Positions 55,285-63,272 of a stretch of 64,000 bases of DNA are shown here, in pieces. This DNA is from Oscillospiraceae bacterium (GTDB taxonomy: Bacteria; Bacillota; Clostridia; Oscillospirales; Oscillospiraceae). Made by a program: the position numbers and the translations under genes. Under the pieces are notes generated by a model. That model was not told the origin of the DNA, did no database searches, and saw only the letters and a program-made list of their open reading frames with translations. Every line of letters begins with the position of its first letter. Positions within the stretch are counted from its first letter, which is position 1. The stretch covers positions 12,079-76,078 of the forward strand of contig JAFUGY010000099.1 of NCBI GenBank assembly GCA_017469115.1, read 5' to 3'.

Positions 55285-55297
55285 TGCTAATTCACAT
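55278..55297 (-). promoter_or_regulatory. Rex-like operator candidate overlapping the -35
   Basis: Minus strand reads ATGTGAA-ttagca-TTTACAA, against the Rex consensus TTGTGAA-N6-TTCACAA (12 of 14 half-site positions match). Confidence 0.4.
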
Positions 55298-55404
55298 AAA
55301 AATCGTAAAAAGTGCTAAATAAGTGTGAAAAACAAATCGATCTCTGAATTTCTGTACAGAAAGTTCAGAAAATTGTTTTTTCGGTGAGTCTTGTTGCGAT
55401 TGTG

Positions 55405-55434
55405 TTGACGGAAACGGCAGAAATAGAGTATAAT
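55405..55434 (+). promoter_or_regulatory. sigma-A-type promoter of the XpaC-like gene
   Basis: TTGACG - 18 nt - TATAAT, 36 nt upstream of ATG 55470. Confidence 0.55.
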
Positions 55435-55469
55435 ACTTTCAATTATTTTTATGAGCAGGTGTGCGGTCT

Positions 55470-56681
55470 ATGGACAACAGAAATAACAAACACAATCAAA
55501 AAACGGAGTTTTTCTCCTGGTTTATTATCATTCTCCTGTTTGCCGGAGGCGGGTGGCCGATTGCGCTTTTCCTCCTGATCCGGAAGCTGTTTTCCTCTGA
55601 TATCCCGCGCTCGCAGCGGAGGGAAGCCCCGTCTCTTTCCAGAGAAGAGGAGCTTCGGCAGCAGCAGGAAGAGCTGGAGCGTATGAAAAAGAAGGTTCAG
55701 CAGAAGGAGACCTCACAGAAAGCAAAGCAGGCAATCCGGTCTTTTCTGCAGTCACCAAAGGAGGATAAGACGACATCCTGGGTGCTGACCATTGCAGGCG
55801 CGTTCATTATGGTTGCAGCTGTTTTTTGGGGAATCAACGTGGCTGCACCGAGCGGATCGGTTTATTCCATGGCCACAGCAGTGGCTTCACTTCTCGGTGG
55901 CGGATGTATGCTTGCAAGCGGCATTCTGACGAAGCGCGCAATGCAGCGGTACACGGCTTATCTTGCCATCATTGGGCCGAACGAAGCGATGGAGATTGAA
56001 ACGGTCGCCAAAAAAGTCGGCGTAAGCCGGAAGCAGGCAGAACGGGATCTGCAGAAAATGATTGAGAAGGGCTACTTCGGTGAGGCTGCTTACATTAACA
56101 AGGAACTCGGCTATATCTTTATGAGCAGCCGGGCAGATGAGGAGTTGGCCAGGGCGAGGGAAGCCGCAATGAAGAAGACGCGCGAGGCTTCGAAAAAAGA
56201 AGCTGTGAAGCAAAATGCGGAGGCTTATGACCAGATTCTTGCCAAAATCAGAGACCTGAATGACAGAATTCCCGATGCCGCAATGACGGAAAAGATTTCG
56301 CAGATCGAGTCCATCACCAGGGAGATTTTCCGGGCGGTTGAGCAGCAGCCGGAAAAACGCGGAAAAATCGACCGGTTTATGAGTTACTTCCTGCCGACAA
56401 CGCTGAAGCTGCTGGAGTCGTATGCAAATCTTGAAAAGACCAATATTGACGGAAAAAACATCAACCAGAGCATGCGCTCCATTGAAATCGCCATGGATAC
56501 GGTGGTCGACGGATTCAAACATCAGCTTGATGAACTCTATAAATCCGATGCTGTTTCAATTGAGACCGAAATTGACGTTTTAACCAAAATGATCAACAGA
56601 GAAACTGCTACCGCACAACAGGAATTCGGCCTCGGCGGGCAGGCTGTTCAGACGGCTCCGCAGCAGAAAAAACAGGAGTAG
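55470..56681 (+). CDS. XpaC-like (5-bromo-4-chloroindolyl phosphate hydrolysis family) membrane protein with internal wHTH-like segment
   Basis: N-terminal and central TM helices plus a coiled-coil. It contains 'IETVAKKVGVSRKQAERDLQKMIEKGYF'. The C-terminal 'IDRFMSYFLPTTLKLLESYANLEK' is typical of the XpaC family. Confidence 0.55.
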   Translation: MDNRNNKHNQKTEFFSWFIIILLFAGGGWPIALFLLIRKLFSSDIPRSQRREAPSLSREEELRQQQEELERMKKKVQQKETSQKAKQAIRSFLQSPKEDKTTSWVLTIAGAFIMVAAVFWGINVAAPSGSVYSMATAVASLLGGGCMLASGILTKRAMQRYTAYLAIIGPNEAMEIETVAKKVGVSRKQAERDLQKMIEKGYFGEAAYINKELGYIFMSSRADEELARAREAAMKKTREASKKEAVKQNAEAYDQILAKIRDLNDRIPDAAMTEKISQIESITREIFRAVEQQPEKRGKIDRFMSYFLPTTLKLLESYANLEKTNIDGKNINQSMRSIEIAMDTVVDGFKHQLDELYKSDAVSIETEIDVLTKMINRETATAQQEFGLGGQAVQTAPQQKKQE

Positions 56682-56787
56682 TAGAGCCTTTTCATATAGC
56701 AAGATTGATGCTGCTAACCACAGTAAATTATGCATAACTTGGTTGCTTTTCTTTCCTGAAAATCATCACTTTCATACAAGATGCTGA

Positions 56788-56816
56788 TTGACATTCCTGC
56801 GGTTTGATGATACTAT
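56788..56816 (+). promoter_or_regulatory. sigma-A-type promoter
   Basis: TTGACA - 17 nt - TACTAT, 50 nt upstream of ATG 56866. Confidence 0.6.
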
Positions 56817-56865
56817 GACAATGACCAAATCCATTGGATCAAATACACTTATAGGAGAAAACAAA

Positions 56866-57864
56866 ATGAAAAAAATTCTCGCAATCACGCTTCTTCTCTG
56901 CATGATGCTCGTCATGGGTGCATGGTCTGCTTCCGGAGAAGAGTACACTCTTGGTATGGGTGTTGTTGTCAGCACGGATTCTTCCGATACCAACAATGCA
57001 CAGGTTGATGCAACGGTTGCTGCCGTTGTTCTCGACAAGGACGGCAAGATTGCTGCCTGCCGGATTGACTGCGCACAGAGCAAGATGGATGTTACCGACG
57101 GCGAAGTCGACGCAGAGAAGGAATTCCTCTCCAAAGTCGAGCTGAAGGAAGACTACAACATGGTCAAGTTCTCCGATGCTACTCTCGAGTGGTATCAGCA
57201 GGCTGCCAACTTCGAGGAGTTCTGCGTCGGTAAGACGGCTGACGAAGTCCTCGCCACTGAAACTGTTCTCAACGATGAAGGCCACACCGTTTTTGTCGAT
57301 GAGACGCTCCACGCTTCTGTTTCTATTTCTGTTGCTGACATGCAGCAGGCTGTTGCCAAGGCATGTGCTGACGATCAGGCTGTTACCTTCACTGCCAACG
57401 GTGATGTAACCTTCGGTCTCGCCTGCAACACGGAAGCCACCGAGTCTGTTGCCGCAACCGACGATGCTGACGGTGTTGTCAAGATGTACACCGATTTTGC
57501 TGCTGCTGTTGTGGATGCTGACGGCAAAGTTCTCGCAAACCTCCAGGATGCTATCCAGCCTCAGATCGTCATTGATATTGACGGCGAGATTGGCGACATT
57601 ACCTTCCGCGGCACAAAGCGTGAGCTGAAGGAAGACTATAACATGGTCAAGTTCTCCGATGCTACTCTCGAGTGGTATCAGCAGGCTGCCAACTTTGAAG
57701 CCTATGCCAACGGCAAGACGGCTGAAGAGCTCGCCGGCGTTGAGACGGTTGTCAACGAAGAAGGCCACCAGGTCTTTGCAGATGAAACGCTGCTTGCTTC
57801 CGTTTCCATCAGCATCGACGGTATGACCGACGTCCTTGTCAAGGCAATCGGCTACGCACGCTGA
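56866..57864 (+). CDS. exported tandem FMN-bind-like domain protein (PplA-like) with non-canonical flavinylation motif
   Basis: The start at MKKILAITLLL has AGGAG upstream and a signal peptide. Two homologous ~150-aa halves each contain '(E/R)LKEDYNMVKFSDATLEWYQQAANFE..GKTA(D/E)E(V/L)' and end in 'DETL(H/L)ASVSIS', where FMN_bind domains carry D..SGAT.TS. Confidence 0.55.
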   Translation: MKKILAITLLLCMMLVMGAWSASGEEYTLGMGVVVSTDSSDTNNAQVDATVAAVVLDKDGKIAACRIDCAQSKMDVTDGEVDAEKEFLSKVELKEDYNMVKFSDATLEWYQQAANFEEFCVGKTADEVLATETVLNDEGHTVFVDETLHASVSISVADMQQAVAKACADDQAVTFTANGDVTFGLACNTEATESVAATDDADGVVKMYTDFAAAVVDADGKVLANLQDAIQPQIVIDIDGEIGDITFRGTKRELKEDYNMVKFSDATLEWYQQAANFEAYANGKTAEELAGVETVVNEEGHQVFADETLLASVSISIDGMTDVLVKAIGYAR

Positions 57865-57888
57865 ACTTATCATCAATAAAAACAGGAG

Positions 57889-58965
57889 ATGGTTTCAATT
57901 CATTCCGGCAGATGGTTTCGTTTCTTTATCCTGATGATGGCGGCTGCGCTCCTTCTGGCGGGCTGCGGCAGTCAGGTTCAGGAAACCAAACCCATTGAGC
58001 CGAAAGGGAAGGTTTATTTTACCTATTTTGATACGGTCTCCTACATCTATGATTATTCTGGCGATTCGGCAGAACGGTTTGACGACCGTTCTGCCGAAAC
58101 ATCACTTCTGCTGGAAGAATATCACCGTCTTTTTGATATTTACCACGAATATGCAGGCATCAACAACCTCTGCACACTGAACAAAAAGGCAGGGGGGGAA
58201 GCCCTTCCTGTTGACGAAAAGCTGATCGATTTTCTCCTGTATGCCAAAGAGATGGAGAATTTGACACACGGAGAAATGAATGTGATGCTCGGTGCTGTCC
58301 TGCGTTTGTGGCATGAATGCCGGGAGGAAGCGTCCGAGTCCCCCTCCAAGGCCAGAATTCCGACAGAAGAGGCTCTGTACGCAGCTTCTGCCCATACGTC
58401 GATTGATCTGCTGGAGATCGACCCGGAGAAGAAAACTGTGCGTATTTCTGACCCGGAAGCATCCATAGATGTCGGAGCACTGGGGAAGGGCTATGCCACA
58501 GAAATGGCAGCCCGTATGCTCGAGGAGAAAGGTGCTCTTGGCTATGTGCTCAACATCGGGGGGAATATCCGCATCATCGGGTCCCGCCCGGACGGTACCG
58601 GCTGGAAGACCGGCATTCGCAATCCGTCTGATCCTGACGGTGCTTTTGCCATGCAGATCTATATTTCCGACACGGCATGCGTCAGTTCCGGCGTCTATGA
58701 GCGGTTTTTTGTGGCGGAAGGAAAACGCTGGCATCACATCATCGACCCGGATACGCTTTATCCGGCTGCAACTTTCAGTGCACTGACGGTCATCACAAAA
58801 GACAGCGGCCTTGCTGATGCCCTCTCCACGGCGTTATTCTGTATGGATTACGAGCAGAGTCGCAGCCTGGTGGATTCGCTGGACGGGGTTGAGGTATGCT
58901 GGTTCTTCCCGGATGGAGAACAGCGAATGACGGAAGGATTTTCCAAACTCATCGTAAAAGAATAG
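57889..58965 (+). CDS. apbE: FAD:protein FMN transferase (ApbE family) lipoprotein
   Basis: 358 aa with lipobox 'LLLAGCGS', 'GEMNVMLGAV', 'IDVGALGKGYA', 'NIGGNIR' and 'ACVSSGVYERFF...HHIIDPDT'. Confidence 0.88.
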   Translation: MVSIHSGRWFRFFILMMAAALLLAGCGSQVQETKPIEPKGKVYFTYFDTVSYIYDYSGDSAERFDDRSAETSLLLEEYHRLFDIYHEYAGINNLCTLNKKAGGEALPVDEKLIDFLLYAKEMENLTHGEMNVMLGAVLRLWHECREEASESPSKARIPTEEALYAASAHTSIDLLEIDPEKKTVRISDPEASIDVGALGKGYATEMAARMLEEKGALGYVLNIGGNIRIIGSRPDGTGWKTGIRNPSDPDGAFAMQIYISDTACVSSGVYERFFVAEGKRWHHIIDPDTLYPAATFSALTVITKDSGLADALSTALFCMDYEQSRSLVDSLDGVEVCWFFPDGEQRMTEGFSKLIVKE

Positions 58966-59032
58966 GTTTTTCGTATACAAAGATTCTATAGATACAGTTC
59001 CTTATTATTAACAGGAAAGCAGGGATTCATCC

Positions 59033-60370
59033 ATGGCTTTATTTACCAAAAAAATCTCAGCTGTAAAAGTTCCGCATCATAAAAATACAGCTGCACTCGC
59101 ATCTGTTGTTGCACCGCCACCTCCGGAAGTGCTCATTCCCACAAACATGCAGTCCGGAGATGCATGTGTGCCTGTTGTCTCAGTCGGAGATACGGTGAAA
59201 GTCGGGCAGGTGATTGCCAAGGCAGGCGGCAGAAATTCAGTTCCGCTGCATGCAACGGTATCCGGTACCGTAACAGCCATTGAACCGTATAAACTGACCG
59301 GTCGTGCCGCTGAGGCGATCCGCATTCAGTCTGACGGGAAAATGGAACGCGACCCCAACCTCGCGCCTCCCGTTGTCAGTGATCTTGACGGCTTTCTTCA
59401 GGCTGTGAATGATTCCGGCGTGGTCGGTCTTGGCGGCGCAGCATTCCCGGTATGGGCCAAGCTGGACGCAATTCGGAAAAATCCAATCCCCACAGTGCTT
59501 GTCAATGGGGCAGAGTGTGAGCCCTTTATCACAAGTGACCACCGCATGATGCTCGAGCATGCCGACTGGATTAAAAAAGGCATCGAGCTTCTGAAGGAAT
59601 ATCTCCATTCCGAGGAGTTCATCATCGGCATCGAAAAGAATAAGCCGGATGCCATTGAGCATCTGACACAGTTCTTTGCCGAAGACAACACCGTGCGCGT
59701 GATGCCGCTGGAAAGCGTCTATCCCCAGGGGGCCAAGCAGGTTCTGCTCTACAATGCCACCGGCAAAGTTGTCGGACCCGGACAGCGTCTTGCATCTCTC
59801 GGCGTAATCATCATCAATGTTACAAGCCTTGCCATGGTCGGCCGCTATTTTACCGACGGGACGCCTCTTGTCAGCCGCAGCATTACGGTGGACGGTTCTG
59901 CCGTTTCCGAGCCGAAAAATATCGAGTTCCCGATCGGAACGCCGATTTCCTACGTTTTTGAACAGTGCGGCGGGTTGAAGAATTCCCCACGTAAAATCAT
60001 CTACGGCGGCGCGATGATGGGCAAAACGGTGACGGATCTGAACGCCCCTGTCCTCAAGGCAACCAATGCCATTCTAGCTTTTGGCGAAGAGGACAGCAAA
60101 AAGAAGCCGGCCGCTCCCTGCATTCACTGCGGAAGATGCGTCGAAGCCTGCCCCCTGAATCTGAATCCGACGGAGTTCTCCCACGCGATGGAAATTGATG
60201 ACGAGGATCGCCGTGCAGAAATTCTGACCCGAGAGCAGGTCTCCCTTTGCATGGAATGCGGATGCTGCTCCTTTGTCTGCCCGGCTCACAGGCCGCTGGC
60301 GGAAAACAATACCGCGGCCAGAGGCTTCATCCGGAAGTACAATGCCGCAAAGAAAGAAGGAGGGAAGTGA
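59033..60370 (+). CDS. rnfC: RnfC-like subunit (second cluster)
   Basis: 445 aa with 'GLGGAAFP', 'NGAECEPFITSDHR' and ferredoxin motifs 'CIHCGRCVEACP' / 'CMECGCCSFVCP'. Confidence 0.88.
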   Translation: MALFTKKISAVKVPHHKNTAALASVVAPPPPEVLIPTNMQSGDACVPVVSVGDTVKVGQVIAKAGGRNSVPLHATVSGTVTAIEPYKLTGRAAEAIRIQSDGKMERDPNLAPPVVSDLDGFLQAVNDSGVVGLGGAAFPVWAKLDAIRKNPIPTVLVNGAECEPFITSDHRMMLEHADWIKKGIELLKEYLHSEEFIIGIEKNKPDAIEHLTQFFAEDNTVRVMPLESVYPQGAKQVLLYNATGKVVGPGQRLASLGVIIINVTSLAMVGRYFTDGTPLVSRSITVDGSAVSEPKNIEFPIGTPISYVFEQCGGLKNSPRKIIYGGAMMGKTVTDLNAPVLKATNAILAFGEEDSKKKPAAPCIHCGRCVEACPLNLNPTEFSHAMEIDDEDRRAEILTREQVSLCMECGCCSFVCPAHRPLAENNTAARGFIRKYNAAKKEGGK

Positions 60371-60371
60371 T

Positions 60372-61310
60372 ATGGAAGTGAATCTGATCTCTTCAGCTTC
60401 TCCGCATATCCACAGTGGTTCTTCCAGCCGCCTGATTATGGCTGATGTGATTCTTGCACTGGTTCCTGCAGCCATTGCTTCCGTTGTCCTGTTTGGCACT
60501 TATGCCCTTTGGATGATCGTGGTGTGTGTGGCTTCTGCGGTCATTTCCGAGTTTGTGTTCAATTCCGTTATCGGAAAAGAACAGACGCTCGGCGATCTCA
60601 GTGCTGTGGTGACGGGGCTTCTCCTTGCACTGAATCTCAGCACCAATGTTGCGCTCTGGCAGTGTGCGCTCGGGGCTTGTTTTGCTATCATTGTGGTAAA
60701 ATGCCTGTTTGGAGGCATGGGCAACAACTTTGCCAACCCTGCCATTACTGCCCGTGTGTTTCTGCTTCTTGCCTTCTCCTCTGTCGCAGGCGGGGCCAAT
60801 CCTGTCTTTCGTGCGGCAGCAGATGCCGTCAGTTCCGCAACCCCGCTGGAACTGATTGCCCAGAAAAGCACCGATGCTCTCCCCGCACTGAAAGATATGT
60901 TCCTCGGCCTGCGTGGCGGTACCATTGGCGAAACGTGCATTCTCGCGCTCCTGGTCGGCTATGTTTATCTGGTTGCCCGCAAGGTGATCAAATGGTACAT
61001 CCCTGCCATCTTCGTATGCACGGTGTTTGTTTGTTCCTGGCTGATTACGGGCAGCCTGAATCTCGCCCTGTACGAGATCCTCTCCGGAGGCCTTGTTCTG
61101 GGGGCAGTGTTTATGGCGACGGATTATGTCACAACACCGATTCATGCCGGTGGGCGGATGCTGTTTGCTCTCGGCTGCGGTCTCATCACAGTGGCGATCC
61201 GTTTCGTGTTCTCCTATCCAGAAGGCGTTTCCTTCTCAATCCTGTTGATGAACATCCTCACTCCGTGGATTGAAAAGCTTACGCGCAACAAGCCGCTGGG
61301 AGGTGTCTGA
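60372..61310 (+). CDS. rnfD: RnfD-like subunit (second cluster)
   Basis: The start at MEVNLISSASPHIH is one nt after the rnfC stop. It contains 'GMGNNFANPAITAR', 'DAVSSATP' and 'MATDYVTTP'. Confidence 0.88.
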   Translation: MEVNLISSASPHIHSGSSSRLIMADVILALVPAAIASVVLFGTYALWMIVVCVASAVISEFVFNSVIGKEQTLGDLSAVVTGLLLALNLSTNVALWQCALGACFAIIVVKCLFGGMGNNFANPAITARVFLLLAFSSVAGGANPVFRAAADAVSSATPLELIAQKSTDALPALKDMFLGLRGGTIGETCILALLVGYVYLVARKVIKWYIPAIFVCTVFVCSWLITGSLNLALYEILSGGLVLGAVFMATDYVTTPIHAGGRMLFALGCGLITVAIRFVFSYPEGVSFSILLMNILTPWIEKLTRNKPLGGV

Positions 61311-61311
61311 T

Positions 61312-62610
61312 ATGGAAGTTAAAAACAATGGTCTGACGAAGGGCCTTTTGACCCTGGTTCTGATTGTAGCCGTTTTTTTCTGCATTCTTTTCGGCATCAA
61401 CTCTTATACTGCCCCCATCATTGAATGGAATGACAACGCTGCTCTTCTGGCTCCTCTTTTCAAGCTTCTGCCCGATGCGCCAGGATTCGAGCTGCTGTAT
61501 GACTATACCGTTCCTGATAATTCTTCCTTGGCAAATATTCCGTCTACTGTGCGGTATATCCATGCCATTGCGGAAAACGGCGGTTATGCCGTTCAGCTTT
61601 CCACAACCGAAGGCTTTACCGGCGACCCGATTGATCTCTCCTTTGCGGTTGATCCCGACGGAAAGATTCTGAACGCTCAGGTAGATGCTTATGCTGATAC
61701 CAAGGATATGGGTGTTGATGACTATCCGCTCACCTATATCGGCCAGGATTCTGCTCTTTCCGATGTCAGCATTGTTGCCGGGGTTACGTATTCTTCTTCT
61801 GCATTCAAACGCGCAATTGCTGACGGCTTCCTGGCTCTGACGGAGAACGGCCTTGTGGCTGAGGGATATAAAGATCCTGTTCAAGCCCTAACGGAAGTCC
61901 TTCCCCTCGTCTTCCCGGGGATTGCCAATAATGCCGGTGTTGTTCAGGCGGAAGAAACACAACCCACCGGTGCGCTTCTCAGTTCTGCAATGAAATCCAC
62001 CATCGATACCGGTATGGCGTACTTTGCCGGCGAAGGAGATGATCTCTATCTGATTACGGTCAATGCCTTCGGCGTGGTCAAAGCTTACGATACCAAGGGT
62101 CGTGACATTACCGATTCTGCTCCTGCAGAAGCTCTGGAGCAGGCAAAGGCAGATGCCGAAGCTTCTGCTGCTGACTTCCTGAAAAAAGATACCCGGGCAT
62201 TCAAAAAGCTGACGGGAGACGATATGGAGCTCACCGAGCTTTCTCTCAACACCTTTAATTCCGTGACGGGTGCTTACAAGCTTCTCTCCGGCGGTAATAC
62301 CTATTATGGCTTCACTTCCCGTACTTTTGGCTTTGGTGATATGGCAATTGTCACACGCTATGTGCTGGATGAAAACGGCGCAATCGTGAAAATGAATGCC
62401 GATGAGCTGATCCTCGAAAAGGACTACTTCTCCAATTACACGCTGGATGAAGCCTCTTACAAAGAAGGTTTCCAGGGTCTCACAGAGAGCACCTTTACCG
62501 GGGATGAAACGCTGATCACCGGTGCTACCATGACTTCAAATGCCGTGAAGTCTGCAGTCCGGGACATCTTTGAAGCCTTTCACGATCTCAAAGAGAACGG
62601 AGGGATCTGA
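61312..62610 (+). CDS. rnfG: RnfG-like subunit with duplicated FMN-binding domain (432 aa)
   Basis: The start at MEVKNNG is followed by a TM helix. The first FMN_bind-like domain ends 'VSIVAGVTYSSSAFKRAI'. The second ends with the canonical 'LITGATMTSNAVKSAV'. Confidence 0.75.
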   Translation: MEVKNNGLTKGLLTLVLIVAVFFCILFGINSYTAPIIEWNDNAALLAPLFKLLPDAPGFELLYDYTVPDNSSLANIPSTVRYIHAIAENGGYAVQLSTTEGFTGDPIDLSFAVDPDGKILNAQVDAYADTKDMGVDDYPLTYIGQDSALSDVSIVAGVTYSSSAFKRAIADGFLALTENGLVAEGYKDPVQALTEVLPLVFPGIANNAGVVQAEETQPTGALLSSAMKSTIDTGMAYFAGEGDDLYLITVNAFGVVKAYDTKGRDITDSAPAEALEQAKADAEASAADFLKKDTRAFKKLTGDDMELTELSLNTFNSVTGAYKLLSGGNTYYGFTSRTFGFGDMAIVTRYVLDENGAIVKMNADELILEKDYFSNYTLDEASYKEGFQGLTESTFTGDETLITGATMTSNAVKSAVRDIFEAFHDLKENGGI

Positions 62611-62612
62611 TC

Positions 62613-63272
62613 ATGACGGAACATAAATCTTTGCGTGCCTTTGCAGCGGAAAATCCAGCTCTGATCCTTGTTCTGGGGATTTGTCCGCTCTATGCTTCTA
62701 CGGTGGACGTCCGTGCAGCCTTTGCCATGGGATGCCTTGTGTTGGCAGCGCTGCTGGTTTCCGGGTTGATCATGGCGCTTCTGAAGCGCTGCATCCCCCA
62801 GCAGTTTACCCTCCCCGCAGCCTTTCTTGTCTGTGCCGGGGTTGTTTCAGTGTTTGAGTTGCTCTTCCATGCCTGGTTTCCGGATATTTACAAGATTCTC
62901 GGAGTCTATGTTTCTGCCCTATCCGTTAATCTTCTGCTGGTTGCCGCTGCGGCAGACAGCTGTGAGCAAAAGGCCGAAAAGGCAATCGGTCAGGCTTTGC
63001 TGCTGGGGTTCATTTTCCTCGCAAGTCTGCTTGCCGTTGCTGTCATTCGCGAAGTCTTTGGCAACGCAAGCTTTGCCGGGATTGAAATTCCCTCTCTGAA
63101 GGACTATCGAATCAATGTGCTCCTCCAACCCGGCGGTGCGCTGCTGATCGGGGCTTTTCTTGCCGCTGCGTTAAATGCAGTTGCTGCAAAAGCACTCTCG
63201 TCCGATTCTTTCTCCGGATGGTTCGGTTCTTCCTTCCCGAATGCTGAAAAAGAAGAGGAGAGTGAATCATGA
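62613..63272 (+). CDS. rnfE: RnfE-like subunit (second cluster; one of two conserved Cys lost)
   Basis: 219 aa. 'ENPALILVLGICPLYAST' retains its Cys, but 'SALSVNLLLVAAA' replaces the ...VVNC..LG motif. Confidence 0.8.
   Translation: MTEHKSLRAFAAENPALILVLGICPLYASTVDVRAAFAMGCLVLAALLVSGLIMALLKRCIPQQFTLPAAFLVCAGVVSVFELLFHAWFPDIYKILGVYVSALSVNLLLVAAAADSCEQKAEKAIGQALLLGFIFLASLLAVAVIREVFGNASFAGIEIPSLKDYRINVLLQPGGALLIGAFLAAALNAVAAKALSSDSFSGWFGSSFPNAEKEEESES

Noticed and set aside
60368-61323. Identical 'TGATATGGAAGT' at both the rnfC/rnfD and rnfD/rnfG junctions of cluster 2.
   Set aside because: This is a 12-nt coincidence created by a stop codon plus two proteins starting with Met-Glu-Val. There is no extended similarity around it.
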